Positions 41,264-53,849 of a DNA stretch of 64,000 nucleotides are shown here, piece by piece. Source of the stretch: Octopus vulgaris (lineage: Eukaryota); the NCBI GenBank assembly GCA_951406725.2, contig OX597820.1, positions 43,338,001 to 43,402,000 of the forward strand. Reading direction: 5' to 3'. The translations under genes were made by a program, and so were the position numbers. Under the pieces are notes generated by a model. It saw only the letters and a program-made list of their open reading frames with translations. It searched no databases and was not told where the DNA came from. The number at the start of each line of letters is the position of its first letter. The stretch's first letter is position 1.

Positions 41264-43424
41264 ACGAATACTGAAGGGAGAAAGACGTCGATAAAAAGTA
41301 TACATGACAATAAACGCAATAGATGTAGTGGAAAAAAAATTTTAATATTTTCCAGGTGTTTGAAAAACAAACTTCATAATCATTTATTTTTAATGAAAAC
41401 ATTTGAATAGACCGGCAGAGAGCAGAATTGTGAGTGTGTTTCTGTGTGTGTATGAGAGATAGACATCCAGACAAACAGAATAAGACAGACAGACAGACAG
41501 GCAGACAGACTGAGTTGTATGTCGCACTGACTGAAAGTTTGCTCTGTGGTTAATGGCAGTAAATAAAAGAATAAATTTTGTGATTGAAATGTGTACTTGA
41601 ATCTTAAACAGTACAAAATACTTGCAAAAACTTATTTTGATAGAAATATATAAAAGTTTTAATTCTTGAGAATTTTTTAAAAGTCTTCTAAGCGATGTAA
41701 CCGTAAAGAATTGATTTCTTGTAGGAAAAATTACATAAATCCAAGTAATAAATAAGCAGATTTTGCCATTAAATTATAGAAGCAGTGAAGTATGAATAAC
41801 ATCATTCTCCTCAAGTTGAGTATTCCAATTATTAGTTACCATAGTGTCTGGTACCGGATGAAATGTATTTCATAGATTAGAAACACCCTTTCAAGTTCTT
41901 CACACGTACGCCTTTATAGCTGGATTTATTAAAGTAAATATTAGTAACATAATTGATTCAATACATTGGACTCTGCTATTCCTTCTATACAAAATTTAAT
42001 TTTCTACTCAGACAAAATAATTCAATACTAACCATTCCTGAAGTAGACTTTGCAAAGTACAAATCTCTGGTGTTGAAGTGAAATTGTGGTTGAAAGACTT
42101 GACTAAATTACAAGATCTAGGAATAGGAATGTAGCTGTTGAATGACTGACTACTAACAAGTATATCAGTTCAAGTTAAAGTAGTATAGTGTAAATATAGT
42201 ACTTTATGTTAGAGGGTCTGCCCTCTAAGATCTGTTTATCGCTTTTACTTTTATAATCACGTCAAAGTAAAGCATCTCCCATCATAATTTTCAAAACATT
42301 AGAAAACTATAGTAAACATGGAAGATGAAATTACACCTTACGTTTTATCCCTCCATCAGAAACCGGTCCTAGTGTTTGCAATAGATGCTGCTAAAATGAA
42401 CAAGGTCCAGATAGTCGTATCACAAGTCGACGAATTTCAGGCTAACGACCGTGAATAATTAGAGTCCACTTTATAGATTTCTCCACAGTTTTCATCCACC
42501 TATTTCACTCACAAGACTTGTTACAATAAAAATTCTATTGTAGGTAATATATATAACCTCTTACACAAAAAGTCAAGCCTGCACTGCATCCATGGTTCGT
42601 CTGTCTTTCGGTTACGTATGGAAAGGCTTCTACACTTAAATGACGGATTAATTAGTCCGCTTAATATAATATTTCCAATATTCTTTTGTTAAAGAAATAT
42701 ATGCGTAATATTTCTCTGATTGTTATCTAAAATGAACCTTTTTATTCCTGAATTTCGTGTTTCGAGAAAATGTGTTCCTCTTGTTAAAATCTTTCTCGAA
42801 TGAAATCATAGCTTTGTACTCAATTTTACTTATTCTTGCCCTAGGGAAAATAACACTTCTATGTCCCTCTAATTAAAAACAGAATATTTTATAGTAAGGC
42901 GGTTAAAATATGTTCTAAATGATTATTTCAACATCGGAAGAAGTAGTTAATTGCATCAACCTCTATATATAGATGGTATATAGCGGGTATTGATTTTTTC
43001 GTCAGCAGAAAGAAGTAGTGACACTGACAGGGTTTAAAATATAAATGTGGACAGAACGAAAAAATTGGTAAAAAATAATTTCTTACGAAGTATCTCTATG
43101 CTAGTCAACCGAATCTGAAGTTCACAAAAATTATAATCATTAACCCTAGAAAAGGTGCAAGATCTGAAGTTTCAAAGAAGATATAATCGACTCCAGGTAT
43201 TAATCATCACTTCAGTTATCGACACAAAAAGATCAAAATACAAATATGACTTCGATGTGATATCATTTCAAATTGACAGTCTACTCTGAGTTTCACTGTA
43301 AGATGAGATATTTACAAACAAAGACGCAGAAAAATGGGATTTATGCAGAAAGATATACTGCAGGGTATTTTTCCCAACACTCGAACTATTCTGTTAACCA
43401 GCTGTTCTCAAGTAAAATAATACT

Positions 43425-43550
43425 GGTTTCAAATTTTGACACAAGACCAGTAACTAGGGGGATGGAGTAAGTCGATTACATCGACTCCAGTGCTCATTTA
43501 GTACTCACTTTATCGATCCCGAAAGAAAAAAAGACAGAAATGATTTCGGC
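43425..43550 (-). mobile_element. Degenerate SINE
   Basis: gtttcaaattttgacacaagaccag...aagtcgattacatcgactccagtg...tttatcgatcccgaaag. Confidence 0.75.
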
Positions 43551-44487
43551 TGTATATGATTTATGGTGAGTATGAGAAAACAACTTTAAAGGTTTTAGAT
43601 GTTTAGATGCGTTACATATGATGGAATTTCTCACATTGATTCCTCACTAATGCAGTGTCAATAGCGGTTGATTTTGAACCCCAACTATTGAAGTCCATAC
43701 TAAATGCTTAACGCCCGAGAGGCAATTATTACATCACTCTATATTTATCTCTTCTCTTTTATTAATCATTATTATTGGCAACCATATTAGCAAAGGAAAG
43801 CTTAGCAGTCACACCACTACTGGATGGTCGCAGTTATGCATGTAACTCTTATTATTATAAATGATATTGGAAGCTATTCTGTTTCATACCATTGCTTTCG
43901 TTACGATCATCATCATCATCATTACCAGTTGCAACAGCACATCAACATCATGATCAGCAGCAGACATCATCATTGCACCATCTTTCATTTTTTCCTTTTT
44001 ATAATTTTTCTACTTTGTCCCTTGTTTTTTTTTTTCCACCATTCGTTTTGCCTTACTCAAGGAAGCCATAATTGTTAACTCATCATTACCGAGCTATTGT
44101 CAGTTTGTTTGCAGTGAAAAGAAGACAGGGCGATCTATAAAAATAATATAAATATAATACATAACAAAAAAGAACAGCTGTGATTCCTGAGAAAACTAGT
44201 TATAAAGAAAGGATTTTAATACTACAATACTGTTTTGATTAATGAGGAGATGACTGTATGGCAACAGCGACAAAAGGTTTCAGAGAACTCCATAACGGAT
44301 TGAGAAGAAAACTAGAACATAAGTTTCCGGAAAACAGTCCCGAATTAAAATGTAGGTTGCAGCTTATATTTCCTATATTCATCGAAGCGAATCACGCCCA
44401 TTATTTTACTTGCAAATGCACACGCATATTCGTTCATGCATGTATGTGTGTTTATGTGTGAGCATATTTGTACACACACACGCACAC

Positions 44488-44524
<37 letters not shown>

Positions 44525-44617
44525 CGTAAAATATAGGGTAGCGAGTTTATTTAGAAATTTCACCACCAGTGACCTAGCATGTATAAAAAGTCAATACACA
44601 GCATATTCTCAATATAA

Positions 44618-44735
44618 AATAGTGTACATTTAAACACAAGGGAAATTGCCTTCAACAGGCACACGCGCATATGTATATATATATATATGCGCGTGTGCCT
44701 GTTGAAGGCAATTTCCCTTGTGTTTAAATGTACAC

Positions 44736-44739
<4 letters not shown>
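44618..44739. repeat. 122-bp near-perfect palindrome centred on (TA)n
   Basis: The 55-bp arms 44618-44672 and 44685-44739 are exact reverse complements. The only mismatch in the whole palindrome is G44673. Confidence 0.95.
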
Positions 44740-44811
<72 letters not shown>

Positions 44812-45472
44812 AGACATACATACATAAAGGCATACATACAAGTGCTCCAAAGATAGCTGCATATTACGCGTGAGACTTAAATGTTTCAGAAAACCCTTAA
44901 TTTCCTGCTGAGGCTTCACACAATACTAGAACCGATAAATTAACATATCTGATCAGATACCTGGAGGTGAAACAGTCTGCATCCAAACAAAAACTAAAGT
45001 TAGATAAGATTTCAGTTATCTTAAAGCTGATGTCATTATCGACGGGACATGTAGATGATGTAGGATTCTTGACTGTTGTATTATGTAACACTCCATATCT
45101 AACGCATTTTCAAACACATCGTCAGTTTGCATCTGGTAGAATGAGGCGATAGTGAAGACCTAAAATACTTCAGATTTGATTACAATTCTCAAGTATGTTA
45201 CATATGTTCCGATGATAATAGACATATGGTTTGCAGCTTCCAATATCATACTGCCTCCAAACTGCCACTATATAAGATGCTGTTTTTTTTTGGGGGGGGG
45301 GGGCGTTGCTAACTCAATATATATAATTGAAGAAACAGTTCTTAAATTAATGTTGACATAATTAAAAAGTAGAAAATGTGGCTCAACTGAATATATGAAA
45401 CTGTGCCTTATGCATTACTTATTCTCTTGATACTTCACCTTATTATGATTTTTAATATTTAATGTTCTTTTA

Positions 45473-47780
45473 CAGGGTTGCCAATTTAGCATTTAGCAGG
45501 GAAAATAGCAGGTTTAAAATTTCATTTTGCATTGTTATAGCATTTTTCTCTGGTCATGACATTTCCACAATAGTTACCCTTATTTTTCTTCTTTTTCCTC
45601 CTTTTCTACTTTCGTCAATGTATCTTATAGCCAAATTTTAGTACTATAGGCTATTGTTGAATTTTTCTTTCGCGTATTTGAAATTTCAAATGAAAGTTTA
45701 TTAAAAGGTAGTTTATAAAGTTATAAACTTTTCTAGACCCTCCCCCACCGGCTTGGATACCGTGTGGTGTTGTTGGAGAAGAGGAGAAGGTAACTCATGT
45801 CAGCACCTGAACTCACTACACAATAATGTAAAAATGTTGCAAAGAATGATGTAAAGAATGATATTAAATATAAGATTGGAAGCGAAATATGATGATCCCA
45901 AGTTTATATCAGAACACAGATTTAGAACTTCTGCAGATTTTACTTTTCCATTTATAGTTTGGACACACTGCATCCCGAATTGGTATTCTTCACCTCAAGT
46001 ATTTAGAAGCAGCAAACATAAGAATTGTTAATGACGATGGAAACAATTGTTAGCAGCAAACTGATGAGTTGTGTTTTCAATTTTATGTTTTTATTAATCA
46101 TTCAATTTATCTTCTTGCTTCCCACTACATTATAATGAGCAAAGAAAAAACAAAGTTGTACCAGCAAAAGTTCTGGAAGGAATGGTGTAAGATGCCAGCG
46201 TTTACTAAGTGGTTGTACGAAGTACCTAGTGCACAGTATAAAGCACAATGTAGATATTGTAGACGTAATATGTTGGCAAAATATTCTCTTTTAGTAAGCC
46301 ACGGAGAAGCAAAGAAACATAAGGCACCAACTCCACAGCAAATGATTCCTCTTACCAATTTTATTAAAACCAAAAATGATAAGATATCTATGCTTGAAAC
46401 AAATTTAGCAATGTTTATTTGTTGCTACTCATCATTTAATAGCTGTGATCACTTAATAGAGTTATGTAAGAATTATATGTCTGATAGTGATATTATATCC
46501 AAAGTGAAGTTGCATCGTACAAAATGTGCAAATATTGTGAGACAAGCTCTAGCTCCACATTTTGATGGTGATTTGATTTCTGATATAGGAGATAGAAAAT
46601 TTAGCCTGTTATGAAATGAATCTAATGATATATCGATACACAAGTTGTTAGGAATTGTTATCGTATATTATAGTGACACTCACAAAAAAGTGGTACACAC
46701 ATATCTCAGTATGGTATCTTTAGAAACGTGTGATGCAGATGGCATTGTAGATGCCTTAAAAATTGAATTAGTGAAAAAGAAATTAGATACAAGAAATTTA
46801 CTGAATATAGGAACCGACAATGTTAGAATAATGATAGGGCTTCAGCAGTGGTGTTTTCCAGAAATTAAAAGAAGTTCCATCATTACTTCTATTTAGATGT
46901 GTATGTCATTCTTTACACTTGTGCTGAATGCTTGCCCATAAATTTAGAATTTTTAGTATCCGAAACCTACAAATGGTTCTCTTATTCTTCAAAAAGACAA
47001 AGTGCCTACAAACAACTTTACCTTGCTATCAATGATAAAGAGCCTTTGAAGATCGTGAATTGTTGTACAACTAGGTAGCTGTCAATAGAACCAGCGGTAA
47101 ATAGAATTTTAAGCCAAGGGCTTGAATTGCAAACTACTTCCAAACTACAACTACAAAAGAAAAACTGTTTTAAAGCACAAATATTACATGAAGTCTCTTG
47201 TGATTCTAGGAATGAACTTTACCTTTTATTTTTGCATCCGATTTTAAAACATGTTCAGAAAGTGAATAAACTGTTTGAATCAAATACTGTCGACAAAACA
47301 AAATTATTTCAAGATCTTTCTAATTTGATAAAATCTGTTGCTAATATGATAGTTTCGCCAACATGTAGAATTGATTATCTTGATCCGGATGCTTCTATTG
47401 AAAAAATTCTGGATCCTAAACCAAATTTGGGTTACAGGTTCGAGAGAAAGATAGCAGAAAGGATTATTAAGAATACTGTAACATCCACCGAAGAAAATAA
47501 TATTTGCAAAAGAGCACAAGTTTTACTATCCCTTTATAAAGGGCTGTAGCACCGTTTGCCAGGAAATATTTATATACTGAGGAATAGCGAATGTTTTTCA
47601 GTAGAGAATATTTTGCAGCATTTCAAAGAGCCAATTTTACCCGTCTTAGAAGCAATGATTCTAATTGCTTCAATTGAAATTCAGTTTAATAGCATTCAAT
47701 TAGTTAAATGGACAAATGTATCTAATACTGAGGCATTAATTTTTATTCCTGGGTATTCTGCAAAATTAATTGTGGAATTC
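45473..47780 (+). mobile_element. 3'-truncated hAT DNA transposon
   Basis: A left TIR-like cagggttgcca at 45473 precedes a decayed transposase. No matching right TIR was found. Confidence 0.75.
46135..47735 (+). pseudogene. hAT-family transposase pseudogene
   Basis: N-terminal Zn finger AQCRYC...HGEAKKH, then KLHRTKC, FSLL*NESND (DES[T]D motif), IGTDN, CVCHSLHL and TTR*LS (TRWLS). In-frame stops and frameshifts; the C-terminal dimerization domain is missing. Confidence 0.88.
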
Positions 47781-48479
47781 TAGAAGTATAAGATTCATGT
47801 ATGTAATATAATTCTAACACAATTTTCGTAAAATATTTTGCAATATAAAATCTGTTTTGATACTCCATCGACTCTTTTCAAACCACATATTCATAGTTTC
47901 CTCAAGCGCCGGCTAGCAATATAAATGCATTATTATTCTTTTAACATAATCGTTCCCTGGAAGAATTTTACTTAGAAACATCAGATGATAAACCGTTTCT
48001 GTCTTTTCTTTGCATAGCAAGAGAGGAATGATATCACTAATCACCTCAACACTTCCCACTCCCTTCTACAATGCTGTTTCTAGTATTTAATCCTGCATGT
48101 TGCCGTTGCAGAAACATTTATTGAGATCTCATGCAACTTAAACACACACAGCTTCTTTAATCTGTGTTGTTAAAGACATGACACTCTTGCATTTTATATT
48201 TATACACCTACAGATTTAATTTATCTTAGCTCTTTTGATTTTTAAATTGAAACAGATTTGGCTCTTACGTGCACCTCTAATTCTTTCTCCGTTGATATTG
48301 ATATCTCCTAAACCAAATGGTGTGTTGTCTTTGACGTTCTGCATTGTATCTTCTCCTTTGCGTTCTGAAGAACATTATTCTTTCCTTATCTCTCTCACTC
48401 TCTTTTCCATGCAAAAGTTATTCGTTCTCAATGGTTTATTGGCAAGTAATATTCTATTGTTTTCTTACATACGTTTTCA

Positions 48480-49340
48480 AATGTTTGATAACTCTGCATC
48501 CATTTTACATTTCAGGTATACAATTTCATCACTTTCATGTCGAAGTATGAGGTGAGTAGTAATTCAATGCTGCAGGAGCAACTTAGAAGATTTAATACAA
48601 CGTGAAATTATATTTGAAGGCTCTGGATGGCCTTCAATGTCATGTAGATGCATCAGTTGGCCAATGAGCAATTTTACATGCTGACCTCTTCCAATTGATT
48701 GCGTAGAGAATGAGAAAACAAGATAGCCGAAACTTGTCCGGTAGTTGTCAAAACGCACACGCTGGACCATCAAGACAGTGTCTAAGAACAAACTTGTGAC
48801 ATGCCTTCCAACTGCTTACAACGCTTTAACTACATTATTATCGCAAAGTGAAAATGAACATCCGGAAAATCTGTTTTCAGAAGAGCAGAAAGAATGCTGC
48901 AAATATCAATTACTTTCAACAATGTTACAAATGAAGACTGCAGGATGTGAAATAGGGACTGTGCATGGCATGAATTAAATGTTCGAAGGCTAGTCAGAAA
49001 GTATCTCATACATAGATCCCGAAAATATAACCACAAGCAATTAAGTTCCAATAATAAACACATAAACCATGAAAGATGTGATTGAAAATGCAATAAATCT
49101 GCAGATACTTGTAAAAGAGAGATATTCTAAGACAACACTCGCAGAAAATTCCTTTCTTGCACAGCGTGTAATCGGAAATTATAATAGTGTAATGCTTCCA
49201 ATGTGCAGGGAAAATGAGATGGATATCTCTTGATTGACTGTTTTGATGCTTGTTAACTGCTCCTCAAGGAAAACATAGCCGATGCTTTCCCTAATCTATA
49301 GTGTAGAATATTGACCATCTACATTACACACACTTGAAGT
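48480..49340 (+). pseudogene. Second decayed hAT-like transposase fragment
   Basis: LSKRTRWTIK (SxTRW motif) followed by helical segments, and DAFPNL near 49280 (start of an hATC-like region). Heavily disrupted. Confidence 0.5.
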
Positions 49341-50704
49341 AAGTAATTATCATATTGGGTAGCTTCGTGTTTAGAGTTTGCTTCCATCAGCTCCATATTA
49401 ATTAAACTATATATTTTATACAACAGCCAGCGTGATTCACAAGAATTGAAATAAGCTGAAATAAAACCCAGCTGTAAAAGAAACCAGCCTTACCATTTGT
49501 AAGCAGTGTTAGCGATTTAACTGAGCTAAAGTAGCAACACCATACCCTTACCCACACCCTCTGGACACAACTTAAATTGCGGCAAAACGCCTCAAAATAT
49601 ATTTGAAATTGTTTTGTTTCTATATGATAGATAGATAGATAGATAAATACAGATATGTATACATATATTTGTGTTTATGTGTATACGTGTATATATGTGT
49701 GCATATGCGCCAACATTTTTTTAGTAAACGATATTGATGTAATGAAAGCTGTCTCATTAAAAAATAGAAAGGAATGAAATAGAATAGAACAGATACACAC
49801 ATTTCCCCTAGATTGCTCAAGTAAACACACACCAAATACTTTATTCCTTCTGATGTATGGTTCCAGTGACTAGAATGAAGTTTTCATAGGATGTATGTAT
49901 GAGCCATCAAAAACATATTTCCATATGGACAAAATTTTGATCTTTTCGTATTCTCAGTTTCTCATATTATTGCAGAAAATATACTCATCGGAAAATATAC
50001 TGTCAGTTTATAGTGGGCTGAAGACAACTGCAGCTCATTCTACAGAAAGATGAATTATCGAAGACTTGGTAGGTCGTTCGAAGCAAAAATTTAAAGTGTG
50101 ATGCCCAGAACACAAGTCGAGGAGGTGATTCGAAAATTGTATGAAAGAAAACAAAAACTTGAAGAGAAAAGAAAGGAAACCAATGAAAGAGAAATTAATT
50201 TGAATCTAGGATTTGTATTATCTGGAAATCGGGGGAATTAGACTTGAAATAAAACATGCCAAACATGTCATCAGTTAGGTAGCTCAATATGAAGAAGTCT
50301 GTTTTCGATGCGGTCTTTTAGAATGATCAACACACTTTCTCTTACCACCCACTTATCATGTGTATTGTCTCATTAAACCTATGTTTTACAAGACTATTCT
50401 AAATGCCTATCTAGTCTTAAAGACACTTGTGTGCGTAAGCGCGGTTTACAAATAGATAAAATATATCTATCGAGGAAATTAAAATGCTCATCTAAAAGAA
50501 TGTAAACGTCGTCATCGTTGTCGTTGACATCATCGGCCTTGTCCTCCTTGTCTATGTTATCACCGTCTTCACTTTCGTCATCATTGTTGTTGCCACCGTC
50601 GTCGTCATCTTCGTTGTCGTCGTCATCATCGTCATCGTTATTATCATCATCTTTCAATCATCGTCATCATGAGCCTGTGAAATGTGGGACTCAAGATTAA
50701 ATAG

Positions 50705-50895
50705 TTCTATATTGAAGAGATGAGGAATTATGTACATTATTTATATTATTTACATTCGACGGATATTTATCCGCATCTTGTTTGTTGTTCATACAACGTT
50801 TCGGCTGATATACCCTCCTGCCTTCTTCAGGTGTCTTGGGAAAATTTCGAACCTGGGTTCTCATTCCTAAGGTATTCTTCGAAGTTATTATTATT
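50705..50895 (-). mobile_element. Penelope-like pseudo-LTR fragment carrying a hammerhead
   Basis: Contains the HHR at 50791-50835 in a non-coding AT-rich context. Minimal HHRs are an established feature of Penelope pLTRs. Confidence 0.7.
50791..50835 (-). ncRNA. Type I minimal hammerhead ribozyme motif (slightly decayed)
   Basis: Minus strand: gacac CUGAAGA a ggc..gcc GAAA cg UU gtat. Helix III is palindromic (ACGU); there is one mismatch in each of stems I and II. Confidence 0.75.
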
Positions 50896-50963
50896 ATACA
50901 AATACAAGCAGATAATTTTACATGTGGATCTGGCTGTGTTGTGTATTTGAAATCGAAAGGCTG

Positions 50964-51033
50964 TCCTACTGATGAAACTGGCTTTCAGCAAATATTTTGT
51001 TTGCTGGAAATAGTTAGAAACCATGATCTGGGA
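50964..51033 (+). ncRNA. Type I hammerhead ribozyme motif, copy 1 (helix III mutated)
   Basis: tccta CUGAUGA aactg...tagtt a GAAA ccatga UC tggga; predicted cut after 51028. Confidence 0.65.
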
Positions 51034-51407
51034 AATAATTGAGATGGTAAATGTTTTTAATTTTCATTCCTTTCGAAAATTTATCCTTATTTGGTGGTTT
51101 TGAGTTTTCTACTGCTCTTTCTCGCACAAGGCTTTCCTATTTGGAGGCTCTTATTGTATTTCTATGTGAATAATATTTAGTCTAATGACTAATTCATTTT
51201 TGTGCTAGACTACTGGTAATAATAATTTCTTATTACCCTATTGTTATTTATTATGTTTAAATAATCTCTGATAAATTTGTTCGAAATTTTTACCGGCATC
51301 CTCTCTGTCGCCGGGTATAATCTGCGTCTGCGCAGTCGTGTGAAAAGTTAGAATAGTTAGTTTTACATGTGGTCTGGGTGTGTTGTGTATTTGAAATCGG
51401 AAGGTTG

Positions 51408-51477
51408 TCCCACTGATGAAACTGGCCTTCAGCAAATATCTTTTTTGCTGGAAATAGTTAGAAACCATGGTCTGGGA
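51408..51477 (+). ncRNA. Type I hammerhead ribozyme motif, copy 2 (intact)
   Basis: Stem I tccca/tggga; core CUGAUGA at 51413-51419; stem II aactg/tagtt plus ttcagcaaa/tttgctgga; GAAA at 51461-51464; palindromic helix III ACCAUGGU; GUC cleavage after 51472. Confidence 0.8.
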
Positions 51478-51737
51478 AATAATTGAGAAGGTAAACGTTT
51501 TTAATTTTTATTCCTTTCGAAAATTTATCCTCATTTGGTCGTTTTCAGTTTTCTACTGCTCTTTCTAGCACAAGGCTTTCCTATTTGGAAGCCTCTTATT
51601 GTATTTCTGTGTGAATAATATATAGTCTAATGACTATTTCGTTTTTGTGCTAGACCACTGGTAATAATAATTTCTTGTTACCCTATTGTTATTTATTATG
51701 TTTCTCTCTCTCTCGCTCTCTCTCTCTCCCTCTCTCC

Positions 51738-51817
<80 letters not shown>

Positions 51818-51840
51818 ATATATACATATATATATACATA

Positions 51841-52250
51841 CACGGCCGGCTCTAGGGTTGCTGGCGCCCCGGTCAAGCTGAATTTCGGCGTGTGCAGTCT
51901 GACTGAACTGAAAATTTTCTTGTCTTTGTCACGCAGGTATAGATGCAAATATATCTAATTACTTGTCTCCTTCTAAAATCAGGCATAACTTGCCGACCGG
52001 TTGACTTACAATACCGTTCTTCGTCTTGGGTTTACTTTATAGAATTTTTTTTTCTTTAAATTGAGGTCGTGATGAGCTCTGAATGGCTTCTATGCGAATG
52101 AGTTCATTACTGGGTTCCAGAACTGTCATGGGGGAAAAAAAATTCTCGCCTCGGCGAGGAAAGACGTCAGACAAAAAGTATTGATAGCACATCAGTGAGC
52201 CAGTGTACGAAAGCGATCATGAATCACTACAAAACCTTTTCTATAAAAGT
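51841..52250 (+). mobile_element. Probable 5' end of an hAT-like DNA transposon
   Basis: It starts cacggccggctctagg, similar to CAGGGCCGG-type hAT TIRs, with a GC-rich subterminal region. No partner TIR was seen. Confidence 0.45.
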
Positions 52251-53427
52251 ATTAATTGTTGTATACAAAATTTATAAATCACTAGCAGAATCATAATAAA
52301 AAAATTCTACAAAAGCACATCCTAATATCTGCTGCAAAGGCGGTGTCGGCAATAACGGAAAGCGCAGATATTTCCATATTTTATCACAAAATGCATTTAA
52401 AAAATACAAAAACTTCGAACATGACACAAATTCTTTTATTTTAAAATCAATCACGTACCAGCGTACCATTAACAATATGAAGAAAGAAAGTCTGCTACGG
52501 AACTCGAAGATATTAATATGATGCACAATATTCTCTTGTTATAATTTGGAAAAACATTCTACTATATTAACTGAAAAGATCAATTACACTCAGGTCATAT
52601 TTAAGAGTGATTATCACAACAGAGGAGGGCTCATAATATAATCAAATCTAGCATGGAAAATATAGATATCTCAGACAACATAAAATAACACAAAACGGTA
52701 GAAAATGAGATATTTAGAACAGAAGCTTGCAACTGGAATTACGTTAATATAACAAACACAGTTAACAACTTGACTTCACAAGGAAGTGCACTAGGTTACA
52801 CTCACTAACTATGAATATCATCATGAGTGGAGACTTCAATGTGCTAAGCACGACTTGTTCATAGAAACCGGTTCTTTTTTCCTCTACCAGTGAGAAATTG
52901 GATAAAGAAAGTTAAAACAAGCAAATGCACATGGGCACATACAAACATATATACACAATTGTGCATACATCCACAGTATCATATACACATACATAAATGA
53001 ATACGTATAAAATATATGTAAATGTGTACATTTATAGAACCATGCATAAATACATACCAAATTGTGAAACTCGGTTCAGTATTTAGTAAGATCATTGCTT
53101 GTTAGTGAGCAGCAAAGTGAAGATGACTTTTTAACCCAGCTGATTATTTCCAGCTTTTACCGCAATTATTACATAAATGCCACATTTCAGTTAAATGCTT
53201 GACAACCGAATATGCGTACAGACATGTTTCTTCAGCCAGCGATAGAATGACGACATTTGTTACTGCATTGACAGATATATGTTCATTCATGTGGCAATGA
53301 TCTATTAATAGCTTGCTTTGGTTTATGGAAGCTAACAAGACCAGCTTAGGCTGACAAACTCGATAGCATGTGAGCCTCACAAGGTGGCATACATAGAGAT
53401 GTATATAAATGCATATCCATGCTATAG

Positions 53428-53496
<69 letters not shown>

Positions 53497-53849
53497 TGCA
53501 CATTTCATTGTAGAACATCTGATTTTCGTAAATACCTGGAACAACTGTGGTAGAATAAAGCAACTTAACACATATCCAAATGTAACAGGTTGATAGCACT
53601 AGGGAGATTTATAACAGTTCAAAATAATACACACAGAACACACACATGCACACACATATATGTATGTATCGATATATGCATATATGTGTGCATGTATGTA
53701 TGTATATATGTATCATTCTGTGTCCACTTAACGTGGATATTTTATAGAAAGCTATAAAATTGATTTGCAAATCACAGTCTTTCTAGATAGGTAGAGACTA
53801 AATTTTAAAGACGATACTTGACAATGAAACCGGGTAAAGATTTATATAA

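Larger units (their letters stand above)
50916..51703 (+). mobile_element. Tandem ~444-bp non-coding repeat (1.8 copies) with one hammerhead per unit; retrozyme-like or tandem Penelope pLTR
   Basis: Direct repeats at 50916-51258 and 51361-51703 are separated by 102 bp. Each holds a hammerhead motif. The array ends at a (CT)n(AT)n tract. Confidence 0.85.

Noticed and set aside
50394-50700. Acidic D/N-rich 87-aa ORF
   Set aside because: A degenerate (GAT/GAC)n trinucleotide tract with no splice or homology support.
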